Source of the DNA: Thermoplasmatales archaeon
Lineage (GTDB): Archaea; Thermoplasmatota; E2; DHVEG-1
NCBI GenBank assembly: GCA_020350825.1
Contig: CP070724.1
Location: 1,077,584 to 1,141,583, forward strand
Direction: 5' to 3'
Length of the DNA: 64,000 bases
The notes under the pieces are model-generated. The model was not told the DNA's origin and did no database searches. It saw only the letters and a program-made list of their open reading frames with translations. The position numbers and the translations under genes were made by a program. Positions 46,971 through 56,782 of this stretch are shown in pieces; the stretch's first letter is position 1; every line of letters starts with the position of its first letter.

Positions 46971-48284
46971 TTATTTCTCAACCTTCTCATTAAAAATCTC
47001 AATAAGTCTCTGAGCTGCTTTTTCTTCCCCTGGTACTCTTGTAAGTTTCGTTGATAATTCTTTGGCATTCTTCAAAAATGTATCATAATTATTAAAAATT
47101 GTATTAATTGCTTGTAATAGATTATCTGGTTTGAAGTACTTTCCTGATATTCTTAAACCAGCACCACTCCTTACTAGGTTATCAATATTGTATTGTGGTT
47201 CAATGAAGATTGGAATACCTATCGATGGTTTTCCAGAATAAGCTGCATTGTACACGGTCCCACGACCGCCCTGTATGATAGCTAGATCAACCATGTTATT
47301 TACTATTTGTGGATATTTTATGAACTGTTTTAATAAAATATTCTCTTTTGTTTCAAATAATTTTTCGTCAGGAATTATTGTGTAGACAACAATTATATTG
47401 TAATCTGTCTGATTAAGTGTATGTAAAATCTTAGGAAATAATTTTTTAGCAGGTGAACTACCCATTATAAGAAGAATAGATTTCCCAGGTCTCTTTAAAT
47501 GTTTTTTAATATCTTCATCTAATTTGCCTTCTTTTTTTTCTAATAATCCTGCTGATATAGGTCCAATGAAATTCTCAATTGGAAATTTATTTGTAGGTTT
47601 TATTCCCAATAAATTAATATCATCGCCGATAAGAGTATGATCTCCTTCAAGTATATCATTCAAAGTTCTAAATTGCTTGACATTATACTTTTCCGCAACC
47701 TTATTAAAATCTCTTACAAGATATTTATTATTTAATAGGATCCATCTTATAATCATATTTTTTAACGACAACGGCAACATTTTAGTGAAAACATTTTCAT
47801 AATTCTCAGGGAATGTTGCTAAACCTTGTTGAAAATAGGGAGAAATGAATGTCCCAGATATAAGAACTACAAGTGGAATGTTCAAAACTCTAGCAGATAT
47901 ACTGCTTGTAGGATTAAAAGAGCTGAATACAAGATCAACCCCAGTTTTTTTAAATGCCTCTATTTCACTTTCTACGAGTGGTCCGATGGTTTTTTTATTA
48001 TAAGCTAAAAACTGCCGTTTTTCAACTGGAATCTTGAATATGTCAACTTCGGCCATTGCTTTTCTCCATTCAAGCCCCTTCAATTTAATAACTTCACAAC
48101 CAATCTCTTTTACCAGATGCTCATATTTCCCACCATGGCTGAAGAAAATTCCTTCCCCACCTTTTTCAATATATTTTTTAGCAATTTTCACCTGAGGTAG
48201 AGTTTCACCCCTTGTATAAAAACAAGGAAAGAATCCTACAAGTGGTTTGTCTTTGATCTTTTTCCCTCCTTTATGATGATGCAA
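46971..48284 (-). CDS. GT-B fold glycosyltransferase, GT1 (UDP-glycosyltransferase/MGT-like) family
   Basis: C-terminal donor-binding region IQGGRGTVYNAAYSGKPSIGIPIFIEPQYNIDNL. Paralogue of 49203..50498. TTG start. Confidence 0.7.
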   Translation of the reverse strand: MHHHKGGKKIKDKPLVGFFPCFYTRGETLPQVKIAKKYIEKGGEGIFFSHGGKYEHLVKEIGCEVIKLKGLEWRKAMAEVDIFKIPVEKRQFLAYNKKTIGPLVESEIEAFKKTGVDLVFSSFNPTSSISARVLNIPLVVLISGTFISPYFQQGLATFPENYENVFTKMLPLSLKNMIIRWILLNNKYLVRDFNKVAEKYNVKQFRTLNDILEGDHTLIGDDINLLGIKPTNKFPIENFIGPISAGLLEKKEGKLDEDIKKHLKRPGKSILLIMGSSPAKKLFPKILHTLNQTDYNIIVVYTIIPDEKLFETKENILLKQFIKYPQIVNNMVDLAIIQGGRGTVYNAAYSGKPSIGIPIFIEPQYNIDNLVRSGAGLRISGKYFKPDNLLQAINTIFNNYDTFLKNAKELSTKLTRVPGEEKAAQRLIEIFNEKVEK

Positions 48285-48568
48285 TATTTCAAAGGTATTT
48301 TTTTAATTTCATTTTTCAGTGATATTATCTCTTTAGAAATTTTTATTATATACACTATCGTTTAATAGCCTTTAGGATATATAATTATTGATAAAGATAG
48401 TAGAATTATATTGGTCATTGCGATGAAAGAAGGAATATATGGTTCAGAGCAATCAGAAATTTCTTTCAAAACCCTTCCTGACATTAATATGAAAAAAATT
48501 ATTAGAAGGTTAAGTTTATCTAACTCTACTTTACTAAAGATTCGTAGTCGAATAATGGGATTAAAAGC

Positions 48569-49192
48569 ATGTCAAAAATCGTTCAATTCCTATTGCAAAA
48601 AATTGGTATAAAACTTGATGCTCATAAATTAAAAAAATTTATTGATTTAGGATTTATAGTCATTGAAAAAATCCTAGTTAAATTCCAGAGGTTATATCCT
48701 TTATATTTTGACTTTTATGGTGAAATGACTGAAAATGAAATCAACCTAGCAAACATTTCAGAAGACGATATAATCTTGCATATTGGTGGTGGACCTATTC
48801 CGGCGACATCAATCCTTCTTGCAAAAAAATCTGGAGCCCGAGTTACAAGCATAGATAACAACCTTCGTTCAGTAAAACAAGCGATTTCATGTGTTTTGGA
48901 ATCTGGTATTGCTGATAAAGTTCAAATTCAATACGCAGAAGCAAATAGTTATCCAGTTGATAATTTTGATGTAATTATTGTCTCTCAAGGTATAAGACCA
49001 TACAAAGAGCTTTTACAGTATATTTCTAAGTCGATGAGAGATGATGCACGTGTAATTTTTAGAACAAGCACTTCTCCTAGTGGTGAAATAGTTCAAAATG
49101 ATCTGTTTCTCAAGGATATGTTTAAAATTTGTAAAATTGTAGCACAAAAAAAGAATGCCTTACTTATTTCTATCCTACTGTTAAAAAAATAA
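48569..49192 (+). CDS. nicotianamine-synthase-like / class I SAM-dependent transferase
   Basis: ILHIGGGPIPATSILLAKK...VTSIDNN...FDVIIVS resembles the NAS core (GSGPLPLTS..D...DVV). Weak, by-eye only. Confidence 0.45.
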   Translation: MSKIVQFLLQKIGIKLDAHKLKKFIDLGFIVIEKILVKFQRLYPLYFDFYGEMTENEINLANISEDDIILHIGGGPIPATSILLAKKSGARVTSIDNNLRSVKQAISCVLESGIADKVQIQYAEANSYPVDNFDVIIVSQGIRPYKELLQYISKSMRDDARVIFRTSTSPSGEIVQNDLFLKDMFKICKIVAQKKNALLISILLLKK

Positions 49193-49202
49193 TTAGTTAC
49201 CC

Positions 49203-50498
49203 TTATTTTATTTGAGTAATTTCCATTAGTCTTTTAACTGCTTTTTTTGCTCCATCCTCTTTTTGCAGTTTTTCTGATAATTTTTTAGAATTTTTTAGAT
49301 AAGTGTCATAGTTATCGAAAATTTTATTGATTGATTGCACTAGTTCACGAGGTTTAAAATATTTCCATGATAACCTTATAGCACATCCATTTCTAACGAG
49401 ATTATCTATATTATACTGATGTTCCATCAGCATAGGTATGCATATCGCTGGTTTCCCCGAATACGCTATTGTATATATCGTGCCACGACCTCCATGTGTA
49501 ATAGCCAGGTCTACCTTCTTTAAGATTTCATCTAATGGTACAAACTCTTTGAATAAGATATTTTCATTTGTTTCAGGTAGTTTTTCCTTATTCTGGGGAT
49601 TTGAATAAACAGCTATTACATTATAGTCAGTTTCATTTAGAATTTCTACAATTTTTAAAAGTAATTTATCGAACTTGGAAGCACTTCCCATAACAAGTAC
49701 AATAGATTTCCCAGGCCTTTTCAGATGGTTTATAACATCAAAATCTATTTTGTTTTTCCGTTCTTTAAATAACTCTCCTGCAACAATAGGACCTATGTAA
49801 TTTTCCAAGGGAAAATCTTCAGATGGTTGTATCCCTAAAAAATTTATATCATCACAAACAAGAGTATGATCACCAAAAAATATGTCATTACAGTATTTGA
49901 ACGGTCGAACATGATATTTTTTATTAACCTTATTAAATTCTTTGACAAGCGTTTTATTATGTAAAAAATACCATTTTGCAATTCGATTTTTTAGCGATTT
50001 AGGTACCATTCTCGTAAAGAAATTTTCGTAATTCTCAGGAAATGTAGCAAAACCTGATTTGTGGTAAGGTGGGATAGCAGTTCCAGACGAAAGTACAACA
50101 AGTGGTATTTTTAAAGCTCTAGCAGAGATACTACTGGTTGGATTAAACGCACTCATAATTAAATCTATCCTGCTTTTTGTGAAAGCCTCAATTTCCTCCT
50201 TAACTGCTCTTTCAATGGTTCTTTCCTTGAATTGGCGAACCGTTATTTTTTCAAAAGGTACCCCATCTCTATATAGTTGTATAAGTTCATCTGAGTCCTC
50301 ACCCATAAGATTACCTAATCTAACTACTTTACATCCAATATTCTCTGCTAAATATTCATATTTCCCTTCGTGACTAAAGAAAATTGCTTTTCCACCTATC
50401 TCCATATATGATTTTGCAATTTTAACTAAGGGAATGGTTTCTCCCATACTAGAAAAGCATGGGAAAAACCCTATCAGTGGTTTTTCTGCATGTATCAT
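49203..50498 (-). CDS. GT-B fold glycosyltransferase, GT1 family (paralogue)
   Basis: THGGRGTIYTIAYSGKPAICIPMLMEHQYNIDNL. Collinear with the 46971..48284 product from the N-terminus (PLIGFFPCF). Confidence 0.7.
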   Translation of the reverse strand: MIHAEKPLIGFFPCFSSMGETIPLVKIAKSYMEIGGKAIFFSHEGKYEYLAENIGCKVVRLGNLMGEDSDELIQLYRDGVPFEKITVRQFKERTIERAVKEEIEAFTKSRIDLIMSAFNPTSSISARALKIPLVVLSSGTAIPPYHKSGFATFPENYENFFTRMVPKSLKNRIAKWYFLHNKTLVKEFNKVNKKYHVRPFKYCNDIFFGDHTLVCDDINFLGIQPSEDFPLENYIGPIVAGELFKERKNKIDFDVINHLKRPGKSIVLVMGSASKFDKLLLKIVEILNETDYNVIAVYSNPQNKEKLPETNENILFKEFVPLDEILKKVDLAITHGGRGTIYTIAYSGKPAICIPMLMEHQYNIDNLVRNGCAIRLSWKYFKPRELVQSINKIFDNYDTYLKNSKKLSEKLQKEDGAKKAVKRLMEITQIK

Positions 50499-50550
50499 AC
50501 CTTTACTTCACCATTGAAATTCCATAATATTTGACATATCAAAGCTATGA

Positions 50551-51333
50551 TTATTTAGATATGAAATCATTTCTTATTAATCCAATACCTGCCCATTTTT
50601 GATCATAATTCTTTACAATTTTTATATTATCATATTTTAATTCTATTTCATTCCAGAATTTATTTACTTCAACGCCCTCAACTTTGCATTCAATTATATC
50701 ATGAAGTGCGATTGTACCATTTCTTTTAACAAGTAAACTATATGTTTCAAAGTCCTTTTTTACTCCTTTATATGTGTGATCACCATCGATAAACAAAAAA
50801 TCGATTTCTCTTCCATCTAAAATAGCTTTAACTGCTTCTAAAGTTTCCTTTTTGTGAGAGTCCCCTCTAATTAAATGAATTTGTTGGTTTTTCGATGCAA
50901 ATGACTTATATAAAGGCGTCCTTGCTATAGAATAACCCCCACCAAATCCCCCCCCAGGCAAATCAATACTTATGATAACGGCATCGTTAGAAGCAATGTG
51001 AGATAACAAAAACAAAGAACCACCACTCTCTGGTCCAATTACAATTATATATTTTGGTTTTTCTTATTCAATTTTTTTTAAAAGTTCAATAAGTTCATAA
51101 CGAACTTGTAGAGGTTTAATCAGCCCAAGGCAAAATGTATAAGTTAAGTTAACTAATTTATCTAAATCATTTTGTGTATTAATTTTCTTAATTTTATTCA
51201 TTGCATACGGGAGAATAGGAATAAATAAGAAATGTTTCCACATAAAACTCATAATTATCCTAACAGCTGTCGAAAACTCTTCATCCCTAAGAAATCCAAC
51301 TGCGAATTTTAATAGTTGAAACATAATATTCAT
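50551..51333 (-). pseudogene. class I SAM-dependent methyltransferase (Methyltransf_24-like) interrupted by one in-frame TAA
   Basis: Track ORFs 51064..51333 and 50551..51015 are in the same frame. Reading across TAA (51064-51066) gives ...ELIELLKKIE*EKPKYIIVIGPESGGSLFLL..., which restores the SAM-binding motif. IDGDHTYKGV lies downstream. Confidence 0.6.
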
Positions 51334-51381
51334 ACTCTTAAATCATTTACAATTAAACTTCGCCATCAAATAACAATTATA

Positions 51382-52485
51382 TCATTTGAAACAGGATGGA
51401 TCTTCACTACACAATGCTTCAAAAGAATCCTCACCATTATTTCTACTAAATGTAAATGCTAACCCTCTACAGCCAATACATTCGGAAAGATATTCGCAAT
51501 TCCCACATTTACCTAGTAGATATTTGTCAACATTCCTAGCTCTTTTAAAGAACGGAAGTTCGATTATTTCCTTCAATGAATAGTTCTTGATATTTGCAAT
51601 ATTTACCTGAATATCAGAACAAGGCCGAACAAAACCTTCAACCGTTATATATAGATTATACATGACCTGAAAACAACCGGAAGCCAAAAGAGGGGTATAA
51701 GGAAGCCAATCATATCCATATTCACTCCTGTCAAGTTCCAGTATTTGTAATTTTAGTTTTTTCCACTCCTCTCGACTAAGGAGAAGATTATTAATCTCAT
51801 CACCTCTTTCATTTGGAATCATCATCTCCAAATTAGGGAAAATCTTTCTATCTCTACAAAACTTCCATATTGCTGGAACACTGGAAGCATTTTGCTTATT
51901 TACAAGAAATGAAGCACCAAGTTTAAGTCTTTGTTCATCTTTAAAATTTAAATAACCAACATCTATAAGATTTTGTAAACCTCGCATAATGTTTTTATAT
52001 GCACCTTTTACACAAGACATCTCATCTTGAATTTTTTCATCAAGAGAATCAAGTTTAATAATTACAGATACATTATGATCGAGTAGAAATTGTGCTAAAT
52101 CTTTTGTCATTGTTTGATTATTTGTAAATATAACAGGTATCAGGTTTATTGAATGTACATATTTAACAAGATCTCGGAATCTTGGATAAATTGTCGGTTC
52201 TCCACCACCGATAATTACAATCGATTCAGCTTTAAGATCTTTGGCTTGATTAATAACATCGATTATTTCTTCGTATTTAATTTCGTTTGGAAGGGCCTTA
52301 CCACCTGCACTATAACAATAACTACATCGTAAATTACACTTTAAACTAGTTTCAACCCTAATAGATAAAATTTGGCCATTATCTCTAACCTCTCTAGCTC
52401 TTTCTGGAGAAAAATAATAGCCTTCTAGTTTTGGGGCATCTCTTAACTTCTTTTTTATACCCTTTTGGTAGTCTTTCGATTTCAC
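51382..52485 (-). CDS. radical SAM / SPASM-domain protein
   Basis: CNLRCSYC. C-terminal C-X12-G-X4-C then CGNCEYLSECIGC. Confidence 0.85.
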   Translation of the reverse strand: MKSKDYQKGIKKKLRDAPKLEGYYFSPERAREVRDNGQILSIRVETSLKCNLRCSYCYSAGGKALPNEIKYEEIIDVINQAKDLKAESIVIIGGGEPTIYPRFRDLVKYVHSINLIPVIFTNNQTMTKDLAQFLLDHNVSVIIKLDSLDEKIQDEMSCVKGAYKNIMRGLQNLIDVGYLNFKDEQRLKLGASFLVNKQNASSVPAIWKFCRDRKIFPNLEMMIPNERGDEINNLLLSREEWKKLKLQILELDRSEYGYDWLPYTPLLASGCFQVMYNLYITVEGFVRPCSDIQVNIANIKNYSLKEIIELPFFKRARNVDKYLLGKCGNCEYLSECIGCRGLAFTFSRNNGEDSFEALCSEDPSCFK

Positions 52486-52773
52486 CTGATTTCTCCTTTT
52501 AAATTCTATTTTTTAATTGTATTTTTATTGGCTATTTTAATAATTATGAAATATACGGTATATAAACGTTTGTAAAAAAGCTTATCTATTTCTGTATTAC
52601 CAAAAAAATAATTTCATAAGGAATAGATGATAATTATATAAACGATAAAAGCAATAGCTTAAATAAGAAAAAATTGTCTGAGCGAGGGATAAAACATTAT
52701 AGAAAAATTTGGCCCCTTTGTAAAATCAAAGTTAGAAGAAAAACCAACTACTCAAAAAACCATTTTTAAATCA

Positions 52774-54075
52774 GTGTTTAGTAAGTTTGTTAGAAAATAT
52801 ATAGAGGAATATAAATGGCTAAAACTAAAAAAATCAATTAAATATGCCTATAATACATCCCCATTTTACCATGATCTTTTCAAAAAAAATAATCTGAAGC
52901 CTAGTGATATTAAATCATTTAAAAATATGAATAAAATTCCTTTTACAACACCTAATGATCTACAAGAAAAAACAAAATCTTTTTTTTCAGTTCCAGAAGA
53001 TAAATTTGTAACTGTTTTCACTACAGCAGGTTCCACTGGTAAACCAAAAAAAGCATATTTTACAAAAAAGGATATTGATAAGATAATAACTTCAACTATC
53101 ACTGGATTGCAGCTCATGTATAGTGTTACATCTAGGGATGTTGTTCGTTTATCATTCGCAATAGGATATGGTGCAGAAATCTCAGGGAGCAGGTATTGTT
53201 TGAGTAAAGCATATGAAGGAATTGGTGCATTAACAGTTGCTCCTAGTAGATTAAGAGTTGAGGAAGAACTAGAAATTTTTAAAGATTATAAACCAACAAT
53301 TTTCATGGATGTTTCTTCACGTATCAATTATCTTACAAATGAAATGAAGAAAATTTATGATTTAAAAAAATTGGGTGTGAAAAAAATACTTCTTGGGGCT
53401 GAGCCGACACCAAATGCGATGAGGAAATTTATTGAAGAAAGTTGGAATGCAGATGTTTTCGTAGGATATGGTACATCAGAAACTGGTGTACTTCAAGCTG
53501 GCGAGTGCGAGGAAAAGAATGGTATGCATCTCAATGAATTTAATTTCTTCACCGAAGTTGTTGATCCAAAGACAGGTGAAATTTTAGAAGATGGGGACCT
53601 TGGTGAATTTATTTTTACAAATTATGATCGAGAGGGAATGCCATTAATTCGCTATAGAACACGTGATCTTGGGAGAATTATACCCGAGGTGTGTCCGTGC
53701 GGTTTACCGTTTAAAAGAATGATAATTAAAGGTCGAGTTGATGATATGATTTCAATTGGTGCAGGTGATAACCTGTATACACGGCGTTTTGATGATATTC
53801 TCTTTGAAATACCCGAGGTCATCGAATACCAGGTTATTCTTGATAGAAAAAATATCAAAGATGAAATCACCATAGTTGTGGAAACTGAAATAATAAAAGA
53901 TTCATTGAGTAAAAGAATTTTGGACGCTGTCATGGAAATGCCTGAAATAAATTCAGGTGTTCTTAGTTCAAAAACTATTGAAAAACCTGTGATCAAACTT
54001 GTTAAGCCAAATACTTTTGATAGAAACTCCATTAAACAAAAAAGACTTATAGATAACAGAAATCTATACAATTAA
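52774..54075 (+). CDS. adenylate-forming enzyme, phenylacetate-CoA ligase / coenzyme F390 synthetase family
   Basis: TTAGSTGKPKKAYF, GYGTSETG, IRYRTRDLG. GTG start. Confidence 0.8.
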   Translation: MFSKFVRKYIEEYKWLKLKKSIKYAYNTSPFYHDLFKKNNLKPSDIKSFKNMNKIPFTTPNDLQEKTKSFFSVPEDKFVTVFTTAGSTGKPKKAYFTKKDIDKIITSTITGLQLMYSVTSRDVVRLSFAIGYGAEISGSRYCLSKAYEGIGALTVAPSRLRVEEELEIFKDYKPTIFMDVSSRINYLTNEMKKIYDLKKLGVKKILLGAEPTPNAMRKFIEESWNADVFVGYGTSETGVLQAGECEEKNGMHLNEFNFFTEVVDPKTGEILEDGDLGEFIFTNYDREGMPLIRYRTRDLGRIIPEVCPCGLPFKRMIIKGRVDDMISIGAGDNLYTRRFDDILFEIPEVIEYQVILDRKNIKDEITIVVETEIIKDSLSKRILDAVMEMPEINSGVLSSKTIEKPVIKLVKPNTFDRNSIKQKRLIDNRNLYN

Positions 54076-55388
54076 TTATTTGTCTTTGTTTTATTATTTA
54101 TTTTGGAGCTATTGATTCTCCTAAAACCACATTTTATCTTTGGATATGGCATTAGTTGAAATTTAGTAAACAATTTTTTCCCAAGGTAGCTAGAGTGTAA
54201 ATCAACTGATATACCAACACCCTTAGGTGGGAGTAAAAAATCAAATTTTAAAGAATTATGACCTAGGATTGATGGCTGCCGTTGTTGTACAATTTTACAG
54301 TCACCTTGAAGCTTCACAGTTCTTTCATTATCAGTGTAAACACCCTTCATTTGACTAGGCATTTCACACATTACAAAAGCTTTATAGAAATTACCTTTTT
54401 TAAAAGGATCAATGTATTCGTATCCCTCCATTGTCATCCAGGCTCGAAGATGTATCTTTTTATCATCTAGCTGTCCAGTAACTTCCATATCACAGGGATA
54501 GTACATATCATATTCTTTGATGTAGATAAGTTTGTTATAATGAAATTGTACGTTGTAGAAATCCCAGAATTCTTTTCCGTCAGGGGTTATAGATAATATA
54601 CCAATTGAAGGACCCTCAGTTAACCAGAACATGGTGTTTCCATAGAACACACTCCAGTCATTATCTGAAACACCCCAGAACCAGTCGTAACCCATGAGAT
54701 TATTTTCAGTTGCAAATCCAATACCCTGTGGAAATCTTGGTCTACGTTGTGACAGCCACCTTGTACCAAGCCGCGCATATGTAGAAATCGTTTTCTTAAT
54801 CCCTGAGAGTTTTTGAAACGGGTTTTCATACGACCAGTTGCCATACGCATGTTCAAGATATCCTTTGCCTTCAATAGTATATAGTTTATTGCTTAAGCAA
54901 AGCTTGCCGGAGAGATTGCAATTAAGTAACCAACCATATCGATAATAATCCAGTCCTATTGGCAAGTAACCATTGGTGGCATCCTGTGCACTCCAACGAG
55001 GCAACGATTGAGCTTTATAGTCCATATCTGCTGTAAAACCTTGTTTGCTGTCCTCAAGATGAATATGATAATCTGGATATAATCCCTTGTATGAAAATCC
55101 CTTATAGGATACATCAACCTTGTTCTTTTTAAAAGACAGTTTTTTAACATCATCATTTAGATACTTATGAGCAACACATTTTTTATTCGTCATGTCAAAA
55201 AGAATATATGTTATAAAACATGAGGGCGTCTCCATCTCATACGCCATCGATGTTTTAAGATTCCACTTCCTATTGTCTTCTAAGGTTTTGAATAGGGTCT
55301 CAATACACCACCACTCTTTCATAGACGGATAGTGATCGCCCTCGTCTTGAGGAGTCCATGGATTTTTTAACTTGACTTTTTCTATCAT
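54072..55388 (-). CDS. CrtC/AttH-like hydratase-fold protein, copy 2
   Basis: QDEGDHYPSMKEWWCIETLF. The C-terminus (LLPPKGVGISVD...) is collinear with copy 1. Confidence 0.6.
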   Translation of the reverse strand: MIEKVKLKNPWTPQDEGDHYPSMKEWWCIETLFKTLEDNRKWNLKTSMAYEMETPSCFITYILFDMTNKKCVAHKYLNDDVKKLSFKKNKVDVSYKGFSYKGLYPDYHIHLEDSKQGFTADMDYKAQSLPRWSAQDATNGYLPIGLDYYRYGWLLNCNLSGKLCLSNKLYTIEGKGYLEHAYGNWSYENPFQKLSGIKKTISTYARLGTRWLSQRRPRFPQGIGFATENNLMGYDWFWGVSDNDWSVFYGNTMFWLTEGPSIGILSITPDGKEFWDFYNVQFHYNKLIYIKEYDMYYPCDMEVTGQLDDKKIHLRAWMTMEGYEYIDPFKKGNFYKAFVMCEMPSQMKGVYTDNERTVKLQGDCKIVQQRQPSILGHNSLKFDFLLPPKGVGISVDLHSSYLGKKLFTKFQLMPYPKIKCGFRRINSSKINNKTKTNN

Positions 55389-55437
55389 AATTTTTCAATG
55401 TATATAGTCCAACGTTTAAATACAATTAAGAAACTTA

Positions 55438-56757
55438 TCAGAAATTAAAATCTCGTTTGTAATATCGTCTATAGGAAACACTTGTAGCAGCTGGAATAAT
55501 ACCAGAGAATTTTTTAGTAGTCACCATAATTTTTGAAACCTTTTTAAACAAATTATATGATGAATAAAACTCCTTTGCTACTTTTCTTGCACCTTCCAAT
55601 AACTCTTTTTCAGTCATGTTTTTAGGCTTAAAAACAACATTAACCTGATTATAAAGAGACCAATCCCTTGTAAGTATTCTTCCATCCCGTTCAAGCCTAT
55701 CAAACAATGGTGTACCAGGATAAGGGGTAAGAATATTTACCTCAAGGACATCCAAATCCCAGTCGTTAATGGTCTCAAGCGTTGTATCAAAAATATCCGG
55801 TGTATCCTCATCAAACCCAAAAATAATTCCACCCTGAATCGTCATATCATGGTCATGGACTCTTTTTATCATTTTTTTAAAATCTTCTACCTTGTTATGG
55901 GTTTTTTTAATATTGTTAAGTGCCTCTTGATTCACCGATTCAAAACCAACAAACCATTCAACACAACCTGATTTTCTTGCTAGTTCTAAAAATTCTTTAT
56001 CAACTTTACCAAGAATATTAGATGTACCATTTGCCGCCCACCCTTTATGTATCTTCTGTCGAATCATCTCCTTAAAAATCTCCATAGCATACTTTCGATG
56101 CAACGTAAGATGAGGATCATGAAATATAAACAACTTATTCGGCATATTTTTTATTTCTTCAACAACAGCTTTAACGGGACGTTGCATCACGACATTTCCA
56201 CAAAAACTACTAATAGCACAAAACTCACATTGATTAGTACAACCCCTTGTGGTCTGTAAGGCACCTAAAAACGGATTATGCTTAATGAGATCTCTTCTTA
56301 GTGGGGGCACTATAGATATATCAAAATCATGATTCCTCTCATAAATTGGTTTTAATTTTCCCTCCCCAAAATCTTTAATTACCTGAGGCCAACTAGCGTC
56401 AGCCATCCCCATAACAACACTATCAGCATGTTGTCTGGCTTCCTCAGGTAATGCCGTTGGATGATATCCACCAAGTACAACAGTTTTCCCACGTTTTCTA
56501 AATTCATCAGCAATTTGATAAACACGTGGAGCTGTCATCGTATAACAAGTTATACCAACTAAATCCACATCTTCATCAAAATCAATCGGATCATAATTCT
56601 CATTAATAATTTTCACTGAATGCTCCCTAGGAGTTAATGCAGCAATATGCGGAAGGGTGATAATAGGATAGCCGGAAACTATCGTTCTCCATGACCCTCT
56701 ATCCTTAAAAGTGATAACACCATGTTCAATCCTTGGAAATACAAGTAAGATCTTCAT
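55438..56757 (-). CDS. B12-binding-domain radical SAM protein (class B, COG1032-like)
   Basis: N-terminal Rossmann-like VDLVGITCYT...VVLGGYHPT. TTRGCTNQCEFC. C-terminal RDWSLYN region. Confidence 0.85.
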   Translation of the reverse strand: MKILLVFPRIEHGVITFKDRGSWRTIVSGYPIITLPHIAALTPREHSVKIINENYDPIDFDEDVDLVGITCYTMTAPRVYQIADEFRKRGKTVVLGGYHPTALPEEARQHADSVVMGMADASWPQVIKDFGEGKLKPIYERNHDFDISIVPPLRRDLIKHNPFLGALQTTRGCTNQCEFCAISSFCGNVVMQRPVKAVVEEIKNMPNKLFIFHDPHLTLHRKYAMEIFKEMIRQKIHKGWAANGTSNILGKVDKEFLELARKSGCVEWFVGFESVNQEALNNIKKTHNKVEDFKKMIKRVHDHDMTIQGGIIFGFDEDTPDIFDTTLETINDWDLDVLEVNILTPYPGTPLFDRLERDGRILTRDWSLYNQVNVVFKPKNMTEKELLEGARKVAKEFYSSYNLFKKVSKIMVTTKKFSGIIPAATSVSYRRYYKRDFNF

Positions 56758-56782
56758 ACTTTCTTCACAATTACTCTATTTT

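Noticed and set aside
48411-48611. 66-aa ORF upstream of and overlapping the NAS-like gene, considered as a frameshifted N-terminal extension.
   Set aside because: TTG start without an RBS. I could not recognise NAS or methyltransferase N-terminal motifs in it, and the 48569 start gives a complete-looking domain. A frameshift cannot be excluded without an alignment.
50551-51333. Idea that the in-frame TAA reflects stop-codon reassignment in this organism.
   Set aside because: TAA is used as the terminator of many clearly complete genes in the window (for example uvrC, the UbiA gene at 45952-45954, and the mini-ORF at 23976). A single interrupted gene does not support a variant genetic code.
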